A stretch of 59,289 nt of DNA, the filler included, from Sphacelaria rigidula (Eukaryota): the NCBI GenBank assembly GCA_964200075.2. It is 10 parts of 10 records of this genome, joined end to end, with 100 filler letters (N's around TTAATTAATTAA, not from the genome) between each part and the next. Parts side by side here need not be neighbours in the genome. Positions count along the whole stretch, not along the records: positions 23,757 to 29,595 come from CAXNAA020024062.1; positions 29,696 to 35,534 come from CAXNAA020024063.1; positions 35,635 to 41,473 come from CAXNAA020024064.1; 7 more parts are not named here. One strand, 5' to 3'. The notes under the pieces were generated by a model, which made no database searches, was not told where the DNA came from, and saw nothing but the letters and a program-made list of their open reading frames with translations. The position numbers and the translations under genes were made by a program. Positions 24,960 through 37,350 of this stretch are shown here, piece by piece. The number at the start of each line of letters is the position of its first letter. Position 1 is the stretch's first letter.

Positions 24960-25579
24960 AATAGGGCTGCAATCACGCGCAAGGGGGTATGGGTATTGTC
25001 GCAGGTCGAAACGCGGACCGCCTTCCGCACGAGAACAAGAAGCAACAGCAGCAGTATCAGCAGCATCGTTATTGCCAGTAGATGTGCGCGGCTGGGGGTG
25101 GGTCTAAATCAGCCGGTGCCGTTACTGCTGCTGCTGCTGCTGCTGCCGTCCTTACTCATGAGAGAGACGGTGCGCGTTTCGATCGTGCTACAACGCCCAC
25201 GCACCTTGCACGTGATAGCCAACGTGCTGAAAAGCGATGGTCCGTACTTCCCGTCAATAGGTCTATGCTTGCTCACTAGGCTAAGTGCTGGGAGATATAG
25301 CTGCGCGCATCTCTGTGTGCGAACTGTGCACATCGGGTGTGTCTCGCACGCGTGGCTACAGCTGGTGATGGCGTTGAAAGAACAGAGCCAGCGTCCAATA
25401 CAGGGGAAAACAAGTGAAATGTACCTGTAATGAAATGCTACAGTATACTGATACAATAGAAGGGTAATAACACGCAAACAGATGATCATCGATTTCAAGT
25501 GGGGAGGAGGAAATAACGCGCCAGGTGGATGGGTATTGTCGCACGTCGAAACGCGGACCGCCTCCCGCACGAGAAGCAG

Positions 25580-25614
<35 letters not shown>

Positions 25615-25950
25615 GCATCTTTATTGCCAGAAAATGTGTACGGTTGGGGGTGGTTTTGAATCAGCTGGTACCGATGCTGCTGCTGCTCTTGCTGCTCTTC
25701 ATCGTAGAAGGTCCGCGTTTCGACCGTGCGACAACACCCACGCACCTTGCGAGTGATGGCCACTGTGCTGGACAGCGCTGGTACGTACTACCCGCCGATG
25801 GGTCCATGCTTGCTTACTCGGCGAGGTTCTGGGAAAAATAGCTGCGCGCATCTCTCTGGGGGAGCTGTGCACGTGGAGTGTATCTGTCTCCCACGCGTGG
25901 CTACTGCTGGTGATGGAGTGAACCCAGCGTGGCTACTGCTAGTGACGGGA
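24960..25950. repeat. Tandem duplication of a roughly 540-bp CAG/CTG-containing repeat unit inside the ATPase intron
   Basis: GGGTATTGTCGCA.GTCGAAACGCGGACCGCC...CAGCAG...GCGTTTCGA.CGTGC.ACAAC at about 24990 and 25530. Confidence 0.8.
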
Positions 25951-26718
25951 TCCCAACTGTCTGTCCCACGAAGAGCTCAACAGCCCACTCCTTCCAACCA
26001 TGTCATGTTCCTCTTCGCCTTCTCACGCGAATGTCCTTCCGCTCTCACGAAAATTAATTCCCGAAACATGGATTTTTGTGAGAGTGATTTCGGAGGAGGT
26101 GAGAATGTGGCATCAACTCTCAACCAATCGGAATCATGAAAAAAAAAAAAAAATCCCCAACCGTCATAATCGCTATTACTATCACATCGCGTTCCCACAT
26201 TTGTTTGGACTCGATGATGAAACGGGCCCTCATCATGTGTTTTGCGTAATATAGCCACACATACACAGCGACATGGTCCAAAGAAAACTCTAGCCCGGAG
26301 GAAACGGAGATGCTTTTCTTGCGTTCTGGTGTCTCCTGTGTTCATCCTGTATACGCTTTTCAGAATCAAATTTCCGTTTTTCAGAATCAAAGTGCCAGAT
26401 CCACCGTCAGGGCTCCGTGCATTGACTATTACGCGCATACTTCCAAGCACTGACAGCTTGGGTCGAAGATCGAATCTCGCCCTCGTCGAAGGTAAATGGT
26501 GATGGGAAAACATTGCACTGTTGTCTCATCAAGCTTTCGAAAATGAAAATGTCGCAGCGTGACGTGGAGCCGGGGGGGTTTGTGAAGTGTACTGTTTCAA
26601 GAGTAGGTCTACTTGTCCCGCTTGCACGGGAGCGTTCACACGTCATCTTAGCTAGACACACACATATATATATATAGTGAAGCAGGAAGATTGCAAAACA
26701 GAAGAAGAAAAAACTTGC

Positions 26719-26839
26719 CTCCATGGAGCTCATGATGATCTTGGTATCATTCCCCGCGTTAAGTACGAGCCCGACCACCCACGGCGTATTTCGAAGCACG
26801 CAACCTCGTAGAAGTAAGTTGCGAGGTTGGATCGCTTCC
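26719..26839 (-). CDS. P4-type ATPase exon (EAIQPRNLLLRGCVLRNTPWVVGLVLNAGNDTKIIMSSME)
   Basis: Hallmark LLRG..LRNT.W..G.V...G.DTK motif; likely GC donor GAG|GCAAGT. Confidence 0.92.
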
Positions 26840-27183
26840 CTGCTCACATAAGTATAGACAGCGAAAACATGAGCGTTCTTGTCACCGATGTGTGCGAAAA
26901 TAACATCATCTCTACCAAATATATGCTTCCTGCTCAACGGTACGGACTTCATGACCGGTGAGCAAGCTCGTGCCATCAATGCCAGGCATGCAAACCGCTG
27001 TGCGTGGGAACGTGATCCCGCCGAAGCGGCCAGACGACGACTAGACGTGCAAGTCTTTGAAAAAAAAAAACATCCACTCAATCAACCAACGAAAGTTAAC
27101 CCATCAATCAATCAACGGACCAACACATCCCAAAATGGTTGATATTCGTCCTCCCCCCCTCCCCTCCCATCCCGTCGCCACAC

Positions 27184-27335
27184 CTGCAGGTACCGCCTTC
27201 AGCGCCAGCCCCCTCTATCTCAATAGCCCCCCTGAAGCTGTCAATCAGTTTGTCTGGGTGTTCCATCTGGACCTTGCCCCTCAAGGACGCCACGTCTCTC
27301 GCGCGGTTGATCATGCCGATAGTCGGCCGTACGGC
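27184..27335 (-). CDS. P4-type ATPase (phospholipid flippase), actuator-domain exon
   Basis: AVRPTIGMINRARDVASLRGKVQMEHPDKLIDSFRGAIEI (the G.I.CE.P...L..F.G region); TAG acceptor, AG|GTGTGG donor in phase 2. Confidence 0.85.
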
Positions 27336-27699
27336 CTAGCACAGAAACAAAAAATCAACAAATTAGTGTCAATATAATAGAGAGCCAGGCGTTAGCTTAT
27401 TTTGTGCGGTATTTATTTTTGTTGTATCCATTTCGTATACATAGACAACCAAAACATGATACAACAAACACACAGGCACGAAAAAGATGACACGTATTTC
27501 CTCCGACACATGAGTTAGCCCGACGACGTTTACACGGGTCCTTAACCGTCCCCGATGCCGTTGGCGATGATATTTTTGAAATTTTCTGTCATTTTTCGAG
27601 TTGAAACCCTTTCCTCTCTTTTTTTTGCGCAGCCTCCTGCAAGCGGCCCAAACAAAAAACAGTTGGTCCAAAAAAGGCCATATTTTGCCCCTTTTCCGA

Positions 27700-27943
27700 G
27701 GGCGAAAAAACACCATATTACCGCCTGCAGTGCCGCCTTCTTTGTTGGAGTAAGCAGCGACGGCCGCCCGCCACGAGGTTTGTTTGAGAGGTCAAGCTCG
27801 TGGGTGCCTTCGATCTGTGGTTTGCAGCTCTTCCATAGCTGTGCGGGGTATTTAGGGCCAACACCGTAGCTCTGAGGGAGGGGGCCTGCAACGCCCTTGG
27901 GCAGCCTTACTTTGCCTGGCGGAATGGTCAGCGCTACCTCCAT
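27700..27943 (-). mobile_element. Possible N-terminal HTH fragment of a Tc1/mariner-type transposase
   Basis: RLPKGVAGPLPQSYGVGPKYPAQLWK...DLSNKPRGGRPSLLTP resembles an HTH followed by a GRP linker; no DDE domain seen. Confidence 0.4.
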
Positions 27944-28143
27944 CGCCAGTAGCGGCAGCCCAATGACACCTCAACGCCCCGCTGGCGACGCGGGGGGATG
28001 CTTACGGTCTCTATCGTGGTTGTGCCACGAAGGGGGGCGGTAAACGTGTTTTTGTTCAAGAGTTCTAAAAAACATCTTCAAAATCATTCGAGAAAAACTC
28101 TATTGGCCGAAATGGGGTATTTTGACCTCACAGATTCTCAATA

Positions 28144-28737
28144 CGAGCTGGGCCAGCCTAAAAGCGGCTAAAAATTGCTCACACCACAGCTTTCCCAGTT
28201 TCCCGAATAAACCCGATGTAAGCATATCACTGTGAAGTGCACACCAACCTTGTAACACACGGCACCGCCGCTGAATGAAAAATAAATAAATAAATAATGT
28301 ACTGCATAATATATGACCTCAACGACGGACAACAAAAATAGAATCTGTCGTGATTCGAACTCATGACCTCCATAATTGGAGTCTCTCATCACTTGAATTC
28401 TAGGGGTGCAGCAGCGTCACGGAAAATGTTGAACGCACGGCCCAATTCGACTACGCTTGAGCTGAAATTTCAGGAAGACCTTCTGCACCCAAGGAAATGA
28501 TACTTCACATGACCAGCTGCAGATTCTCCCTTTTTTCCCGGACTCATGACATTATCTTGTTTTTGCTGAAATTTCAAATGCCCGTGACTTTTTTTTCCCC
28601 TTTTTTTCTTGCTGGTCACGTGATCTTCTGCATTTCGATCATAAAAAGCTTCTGTCAAATTTCAGCGTCCAACTCCTAATGTTGCGCCGTGCGTCGCCTG
28701 AGCGAGAAAACTACCCATCGTTGGCTGGCCCAGCTCG
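28144..28737. mobile_element. MITE with 15-bp TIR CGAGCTGGGCCAGCC (Tc1/mariner-like, TA flank)
   Basis: Perfect TIR pair; left flank TA, right flank TG; a second TA-preceded end at 29527. Confidence 0.7.
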
Positions 28738-30996
28738 TGAGAGCAACTAGGATTTTGTTTTCGATTTTTTCTTCATGAGCATCTCCGTGAGTGTAGCTTT
28801 GCAATGAACTCAACCATAGCATCGCACGCTCTTCCGTTCGAAAGATATGATCTGTGCATCATAATCGAGCTAACTTGTGTGTCAGAGGAAGTACATCATT
28901 AATTCCAGTCCATTTCAGAGACATTTGGCAGACGTGAAACCTCGAAGATGTTACCAAACTTTGCCCATTTTCAAATAGATATCTCTACTGCCGGTGATTC
29001 AATTTTGCCCCCACCCCTGAACAAAAAAAAACAGGCCACTAACAATACTATAGGGCAGTGAAAGCAGCAATGGGTCATGACCAGGAATGGATTATACCTC
29101 CATGATTTCCTGCCACTGACCGTACCGTACGGTAGAGTGAGTCAGCGCGAGATCTCGCGTGCGTGGTTTGACGAAATTATGCCGTTACGTTGAGTTGGTA
29201 GTGATGCTTTGGATAATAACCGGGGGGCGGGGATTCTGGAGGACTCTGGGAGGATTCTGGATAATGACCGGGGTCACGGGGATGATACCCTGCGGGGCTA
29301 GGAGGCTGTGCCTAGAAGGGTACTCCGGTAATGAAATGTTGTAAAGGCTCACAACTGAAACTGACGCCAGTGAGATTGGGGAGTCCCTCGACAGCAGTGA
29401 TCCACCGGTGCTTCTTCTGGCTGGCGTCACTGGCAATGAAAGCGAGCGTGTACTCAACATTCCCCCCCAGGCATCGCCCGCCATCAAACCACGAACACCG
29501 GGAAAGCAGGGAGCTGAACGCGTGTACGAGCTGGGCCAGCCTAGAGGCTGCATGGACGTTTGCAGGCGGATGCGCCGGCCAATATTTGGAGTTAGNNNNN
29601 NNNNNNNNNNNNNNNNNNNNNNNNNNNNNNNNNNNNNNNTTAATTAATTAANNNNNNNNNNNNNNNNNNNNNNNNNNNNNNNNNNNNNNNNNNNNCCTCA
29701 ACATCTTAACAGCGCTTCCAGAAAAACCGGCATTGTTTCTCAATCACAAAAACAATAAATTTTTATACACCAAGACGCGCTTGGCCACCAAACGACAATG
29801 ACCACAGCGCATCTTCCTCATGCAGGTCTCACCACGTTTTGTCACCACGTTCTGGAAGTCCTTAGACTCCTCTTCCTGACCGTACCTAGCCAAGCGTGGA
29901 CCAGGCAACCCTCGCTGTCTCCACCAGGCCGTAATTGCGCCGCTTTTTTTGGAACGCTCAGGGGCTCGCCAGCTGTCGATCAACCCCCCGCACCTCACGC
30001 ACGAGCGATACCACAGCTCGCCCAAGCACTGCCTCAGAACCTCTTCGGCTCTACTTCTCTAGCTCCTCGTTAGCACACACCTTGAGCTGGTCTTGTTTGC
30101 TACAAACTGATCAAGCCTGAAAACTTGCCTATCTTGATGTGTCAGCTACTTGTCAGCGGACCTACCGCCATTCAGTGAACGTAATGAACGTTCACTATAG
30201 ATCTCTGTCATTCAAAATCAAATCGCCATGTGGACTCCTCCCATCACGGGCACATGGATTTCAGCAGCTTTACTTATCCATGTATTAACCCTTAGCACAG
30301 TACAGGAGAACAGGGCCATAGCCTCTCTTCACCAAAGTAGCAAAACCAAGCCTACACGTAATGGAGGTCACCCATCACAAAGTTCGGCAATCAGACCCGC
30401 AATTCCACCTACACAATATCCCTAACCTTAGGTAATAATGGTTGCTAGAGACTACAGACAGTGGGGTGCCGTCGAGGAGTTTTTCGCCGAAAATATGAAT
30501 ATCGAGTACGCGTTCCGCGAGGACGAAACGTGCAAAGCAGGACCCGCTCAAATAATTACGCGGGAATTGCTCGCCGGCATGTCCCCTCCTGAATTCAAGA
30601 CCAAAGTGCTCAACATGCTTCACATAAAGGGGGGTGGAAAGAGGATCCTGGGCTCGTGTATGATACATTTCTGGAAGCAGCAGAAGCATGGAAGACAGTA
30701 GAACCTGTGATAAACAGCGCCGTCACCAGCCGCAGCTGAAACAGAAGAGCGGCAGCGGGACCTCCACGCCCAAGCGCGAAGCGAATGGAGAAAAAACGGC
30801 GATCACTGGCGGTGAGACTGCTAATTCTGGAAAAAATTCGGAAAACGAGCCGAAGCTATGCAGGTTGTTTCTCGTGTAGAAACAAGGGCCAATTCGTGAA
30901 GGATAGTAAGCAGCAAAGTCAAGCTGCTGCTTCAAAACATACTGCAGGTGGACAGTTAATGGCCGGCGACACGCGGCAACAACAGCAGCAGCTGTC

Positions 30997-31263
30997 TGTA
31001 GAGAAACTACCGTAGCACCTCTAGCATGAGGAGTACGGTAGCATATGGATAGCAGCTTCGATCGTGTGACAACGGTTTGGAGTATGGCGATTAAATGCGT
31101 AGCATATTGTGTTTGTTGGGAAGCAAAGAAGGGTCACTTCTAGTTAATGAAAGGCTGCGTTTTTGCATGACTGCTTGAGTCTTCGAAGTCTCTGGAGTCC
31201 GTGACAGGGAGGAAGCCTCTTGAGCAGCACTGTCACCTTGTTCTGATTCCAGGCACGTTCACA
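30997..31263 (+). mobile_element. LTR-like segment (TG...CA); related segment at 32664-32966
   Basis: Both share about 130 bp at the 3' end (GGTCACTTCTAGTTAA...CTTGTTCTGATTCCAGGCA.GTTCACA). The 5' boundaries are approximate. Confidence 0.55.
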
Positions 31264-33782
31264 ATGATCGTTTATTCAGGAAACTTGTCGTTTCTGGATT
31301 AGGTTTTTGACGTCGCACCCGACCGTTTGTAGAACGTGAGGACGCTCACGCTGAATAACAGGGGGGGGAGGAGAAAGCGGCCGAGAGAGAGGCGCAGGCC
31401 ACATGAATCCGAGGCGACTGCGTTGGCAGGAGGCTGCTGGAAGGATGGCAGCGCGAAGGGAAGGGGCTCCGGCGAGACGGTTGATGAGGTGAAGTTTGCA
31501 GTAATCGAATTGACATTGGGTGCATTGTTGAAAGTGCTCGAATATGGGCGAGTATTCCGTGAGCAAGCTTCCAGACGCTTTTACCAAAGGTATCGAGATT
31601 ATGAGGGGGTAGTGGGGAAAAGTAACCAAAGGCCGGTCGGTCAAGTGCGCACTCTTGACCATGCAAGAGTGGGTGCCCAAGCACATCCAGAACTGCGTGC
31701 CTAACACCATCTTTGACGGGTTGTCACTCGACGAAGACGAATTGCAGCAAGGGATTGCGCGCCACGAGAAATGCTGGATCGATATGGAAATTGATCCTTC
31801 GGAAGCTACAGCAGCCGTGAAAAAGGCCCTTGCCGCACGGTCTGGACCAACTGCAATGGGTCGAGTAGACGGGCAATGGAGTTCATTACAGGAGTACTTT
31901 GCGGAAAATGCAGGTGCGGAGTGCGTTTTCATTGAATCTGACCGTACGTTCAAGGCTGGTCCAGCACACATTATTACCAGAGCTATGGTCGCCGGCCTAA
32001 CCCCACCTGAATTCGAGAAAATAAAGTTCAAGATATACTCTACATAAAAAAGAACCAGAAAGAGCGCCCGAGAGTGGTTTATGAGGTAGCTCATGACTTG
32101 GTGGAAAAATGGAGGACTGTTGAGGAGGCTGACAGCAACTCTAACTTAGGCAAAAAAGCGGCTCACAAAGCTCGAAAAAACTGATATCGGATGCCGGCGC
32201 AGCGGCTGCAGCCGCCGCAGCGGTCGGGTGGGTAGTGGCGGAAAGAGCTCAAAAAAGCTCCACAAACCTGGTCCGAGCTATGCAGTTTGTTTTGAGAGTG
32301 GCGATAAGGGCCACAACAAGAAGGACTGTAAAAAACAGAGCACACCTGCGGCCGCGGTGAGTGCGTCAGGTGGGCAAGCAAAGTCGTCGTCGCCGCCGCC
32401 GCAGCAGCAGCAGCAGCAGCAACAGGTCCATGGTCAGCGGGGGGGCAGTAAAGGTCCTGCTCCCACACGGGCTGTTTCCCCAGGGGATGGAACGCAAGGG
32501 GGAGCTAGCAGTGGGGATAGCATGGTGCCGCCCCAGCCTTCCGCTCCAGCTCCTTCAGCTCGACCCCAACTGCCGGCGGAACCGGCTCAGGAGTGGCCGT
32601 CTCAGACAATGCCGGTATGGCGGAGTCGGCACACCGCTGAGATGCAGATTTACAGGCTGAGCATGTGGTAGTTGACCGCTGCAGACTCCGAGCAACATGG
32701 TTACCTTGATTCGGTTCATGAATGACTGCAGTGGATAAAATGCATAGCAGGCGTTTAGAGTCTGGTTGATGGATACCGGGTCTGAGAGTATGATCGATGG
32801 ACTCCGTCATATATGATGTTTCCATACGAGGTGCGAGGTCACTTCTAGTTAACAAAGACTGCTATTTGTATAAATGCTTGAAGTCTTAAAGTCTCTGGAG
32901 CCCGTGACAGGGAGGAAGCCTCTGGATCAGCACTGTAACCTTGTTCTGATTCCAGGCAGGTTCACACCGTAAGCAGCGATGCTGCCGGGCAGACTCGTCC
33001 GTTTCTGGCTCCGCAGCCAAGAACGTTTACCCAGTTACTGCCGTTTTGGAATCGGGGGCTGGCATCACTATCATGTCTGAAAAAGTGGCGGCCCAGTTGC
33101 AAGCAGTGTTCCCTGATGTGTCAGTTGTCACAAGCATGGCTCGTGCACACCCGGTGAAACTAGCTGATAGTAATGCACGGAGTATGCAGTCGAAGACGGG
33201 CCTAGTGCGCACCGCTCTGCACACCAGCTGGGGCCCGTTAATGCTGGATCCGTGTCATTATGCGGTCATTCCAGGTGCCGATGGTGTCGTGATCACCGGA
33301 AGCGGTACGCTGTAGGCCATGGGCATTGACGTTACAGTGGGCTGGACGCATGCGCGCGCTCAAGACACGCGTTGGTGAGAGGTGTAGATACGCCTGACTT
33401 CTGAGATTTGAGGCGTGTGACTATTGCCATTGAGGCGTTACAGGATCCAGGTGGACAAGAGGAGCCTGTGGATCCCTCCGTTGAGCGATTGATGTCGCGT
33501 GGTCCCGAGATGGACATGAATCCAGAGGAGGAGCTGGCAGAGCGTCGTGTTGCACTGGATCATGCAGTACAGGCAGCTGCGAACAAGGGTACGTCGGCGA
33601 ACGGCATTGATGAGCTGCGGAAGGTTGTTGGGCGCCATGTCAACGCTTTTCGGCGAGCACGGCGCTGTGATCCGCCTGCTCGAGTAGAGCTCTTGAAGGT
33701 GAGATTCAAACCTGGGGCTAGAGCAATCAAGGCGAGCCCGCAGGTGTATTCCCCTGTAAAGGCAACGTGGTTAGCAGGGTGT

Positions 33783-34345
33783 TGTGATGGTTTAAGAGAC
33801 AACAAACTAGACCACTGATCAGTCCGCGTAGGTTTCATACGTGCTGAAGCAATCGTACAAATCAATTGGATTCATTACCAGTCAGCGCTAACTGGTCAGT
33901 AGTCTACTTGGTTGTCTCTTAAGTCATCACAAAAGTTGGTCGTGGGAGTTGGATACCCGTCACTTTCACTCCGAGGAGGGTGACTCCCCTTGCCAGCGCT
34001 CTATCGACTGCAATCAGGACCTCTAATGTTGTCACTCTCACCGTACCCTTGAGTCACTCGTCTCCCCCACCCATTTCCAAAGTGTGTGCACTGGGGTCCT
34101 TAGCAGTACATTTCAAACACTGCCACCCTTTTTCTTTGCGCCAATTTTTTCCCGGGGTGTTCTCTCCTTGGGGCTAATTTTTTTACGGAGATTTTCTCTC
34201 CTTTTTTTTTACAAAGAAAGTTCGTTCGAGGGGGATCGAATCAGCGACTAACTTTTGTGACGGTTCAAGAAGCAACCAACTAGACTGCTGAGCAGTCAGC
34301 GCTGACTGGTCAGTAGTCTAGTTGGTAGTCTCTTAAACCGTCACA
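33783..34345. mobile_element. Non-autonomous TGT...ACA element with 4-bp TSD (GTGT) and palindromic tRNA-like termini (Ginger-like)
   Basis: TIR TGTGA(T/C)GGTTTAAGAGAC.AC.AACTAGAC.ACTGA.CAGTC; GTGT at 33779-33782 and 34346-34349; removal rejoins the gypsy frame ...WLAGC-MATLVALG.... Confidence 0.85.
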
Positions 34346-36367
34346 GTGTATGGCGACGCTGGTGGCGCTTGGGCTAGCATTCCGAAGCTTACAGGCGGTG
34401 TGGGCGAGTGCAACCATGGCGACGCCGAAGAAGGGCGGTTATCGACTGGTGAATGATTATCGCGCGGTAAACAAGCAGATTGAGAAGGCTCCGGATGTTT
34501 TGCCTAACCACGAGGCGGAGATAATCCACCTGCTAGGCGCTGCGTATTCTGGCAAGATTGATATGCTGCAGGGGTACTGGCAGATGCCGTTGGCGGCTGA
34601 TGCACACGAAATATTCACGACCGCGACTCCTGAAGATCTGTTTTACCCCACACGAGTGCCGCAAGGGGTGTTGAATGAGACGGGGCATTTTCAAGGCATC
34701 ATGACAGGATTTTTGACCGGACTTCAGTGCAAAGTATGGGTGGATGATATCTTGTGGTGGGGTGAAGATGAGGATGAAATCTTGTGTATGTACACTGGAC
34801 GAAATTTTGGACCGTTTGGAGGATGCTGGTTTTTTTGCGGCTGCGCACAAGTGCATGTTCTACGACACATAGATCACGTGGTGCGGAAAGGTCTTTTCAG
34901 GTGGTCAAGTGACTCATGACCGCGAGAGACTTGGCGGGCTGGCCAATCTTAGGCGTCCGCGCACAGCAGGCGAGCTTATGCAGTTCCTGCGGGCGTTAAA
35001 CTGGCTGAGAACGTCCCTGCCGCGTCTGGCGGAGGTGGTGGAGCCGCTGCGGGTATTACTGGAGGAACACATGCAGGGAAACGTGCGCCGTACCAAGCGA
35101 GTGGCGTCAAACCGGACAATCGAGGAGTCGGCATGGACGTCCAGGCGTGCTCAGGCGTGGCACGGAGCGCAAGATTTGGTGGCGCATGCTGTCGCTTTGT
35201 CATATCCCAAGCAGGGGTATGAGGTTCTCATGTTTCCGGACGAATAGAACCTGTACTGGGGCAGTTTTCTTACGCAGGTGCCGGAGGATGAGCTGGGTAG
35301 TGCATTGGCGGTGGAAGACATGAGCCATGAGCCGATGGGGTTTCTCAGCGGAACATTTCGTGGAGCGCAGATCGGTGGGCTACGGTGGACAAGGAAGGCT
35401 ATGCAATCGTCAGTACTTTCCATAGGTTAGATTATCTTTTATGGGATGGGGTACATATCTTCGACACTTTTTACGATAGCTCCCCAAAAAAACCAGTTAA
35501 AAGTGTCACGAAAAAAATGGCCATACAGCGCCTGNNNNNNNNNNNNNNNNNNNNNNNNNNNNNNNNNNNNNNNNNNNNTTAATTAATTAANNNNNNNNNN
35601 NNNNNNNNNNNNNNNNNNNNNNNNNNNNNNNNNNCAACGCAAGTGTAGAAGGATGTCTGACACACCTATGAGCCTCTTTTTTCGTGCAACCAAATACCCC
35701 CCCCGCTATCGTAGGATGACTCAGCAGCTCTGGCGGAGCTTGAACGGTTGATGTTTGGTGAGTGAAGGGTATAAGAGATGAACATAACAACAAGTTTTCC
35801 TACACATTCACCTGTCCAGAGCACATCCTCTACGAGGCGCTCCCTTGCTTCATTTCGCTAGCGGATTTGGAACCGGTTGATTGCAGCCAGGTAACAGGGA
35901 AGGAAGCAAGTTTGAGCGTACACAGCAGCAGTCATATCGTGTTGAGCCAACTTGAGAGAGCCACGCAGTGAGCGCTTATTACAGTTTGAGCAAAGACAGC
36001 AGCAGTCACGGTGCGCTGAGCCAACTTGAGGAAGCCACCCAGTGAGCGTTTATTCTAGTCTGAGCAATGGCTGCTAGAAAGGGATTAAGTACGGAAGATT
36101 TGACTGAGAAGCTGTGGCATATGGAAGTACAACACAGAGAAAAGCTGCGGCTCATAGAAGAAAACAGGGAGAGATTATTGGGGCCATGAAACGCGACGCT
36201 ATTGTAGATTACGAAAGAGAAAGAAGTATGCATGTAGGCGCAGGCGCACAGAGTAACCCCACGATGAGTACAGAAAACCGCAATCAGCAAAGCAACCCAC
36301 GAGTTTCCTTAAGTTCCAATACGATAATTACATGGGAGGGCAAAGTGCCCAGCCGAATATTGTAATA

Positions 36368-36615
36368 GACACTTTCTACGATAGCCCCCCCCCAAAACAA
36401 GCTAAAAATGTCGCGAAACAAATGACCATACAACGCCTTCTGTTCGGGTTCAGGCTGCATTAAGCGCCTCATATTGGCGGTATTGGCTACAACGAACCCA
36501 AGCGTGGGAATCCCCAGCTTCTCGTTGTGCTCGGCTTTCCCCCTTTCGATTTACGTGAAGATTTCGCCTCACAAAATCATGCACTTTCGGGGGGGGGGCT
36601 ATCGTAGAAAGTGTC
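36368..36615. mobile_element. MITE with TIR GACACTTTCTACGATAGCCCCCCCC and 4-bp TSD AATA
   Basis: Perfect TIR pair; AATA at 36364-36367 and 36616-36619; truncated copy at 35463-35534. Confidence 0.82.
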
Positions 36616-37350
36616 AATAGTACGTATTCATACGGGTATCTACCCTTTGGACGGTTCTGTGAAGGCAGAGGAGAGCATGGAGTCAACGTTTCGTATCTTT
36701 CATGTGCAAATGATCGGATACTTTCGTGCCGAGAAATGATATCATGCTCTTTTTGTGCAGGATCCCACCCGTGTATTTTATGAGACGGAAGCAGAGTTAG
36801 TGAGGCAGCACGAGTATAAGGCCGTATAAAAAGCACAACGAGCCCAGGACATATTTCTCGAAAAAATCATTGCCTCTAGCATGGTCGAACATTTTGCAAT
36901 GCTTGGCTCACCTAGCGAATCGTGGGACTATTTCGTACAGTACTACACCGTTCCCCCCACTGCAGAGAAAGCTCGCCTCGAACAACGATGGACGGGTCTA
37001 CAGATGTCACCGGGCGAGTCTCCTTTGGTGTTTCTGAGCAGGGCGAATCTAATTCGTCACAAGAGACATTATTGCGGTACCATGATTTCGGAGACTGAGG
37101 CAAACAGGCACTGTGCGCGTAGGCTGTCCTCAGAATACGAGATACGGCGTGGCATACTCCTTGCTATGTCAGAGATAGAGACTGAGATCCTACGCCGCAC
37201 AGAAAATACTGCCCACGCTGATCTGGAACTACCTAGGAGTAGGGTACTCGCCAAATACTGTAACTATGTTCCATCTGCCATAGTTCACGATGCCTCTTAC
37301 AGTGACGTATCGGCCAGGCGACGTGGGATTCGGGGGGGCAGGAGAAGCAA

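Larger units (their letters stand above)
30430..35460 (+). mobile_element. Degenerate, nested Ty3/gypsy LTR retrotransposon(s): two gag copies, protease, RT, RNase H
   Basis: gag-like 30438-30900 and 31655-32340 with a zinc-knuckle remnant (CFESGDKGHNKKDC); protease AVLESGAG; RT RLVNDYRAVN, KIDMLQGYWQ, RVPQG, WVDDIL; RNase H PMGFLSG...DKEGYAIV; many stops and frameshifts. Confidence 0.93.

Noticed and set aside
24884..25841. Poly-Leu/Ser/Gln ORFs that look like signal peptides
   Set aside because: Translations of CAG/CTG tracts in a duplicated intronic repeat; frames are not conserved between the two copies.
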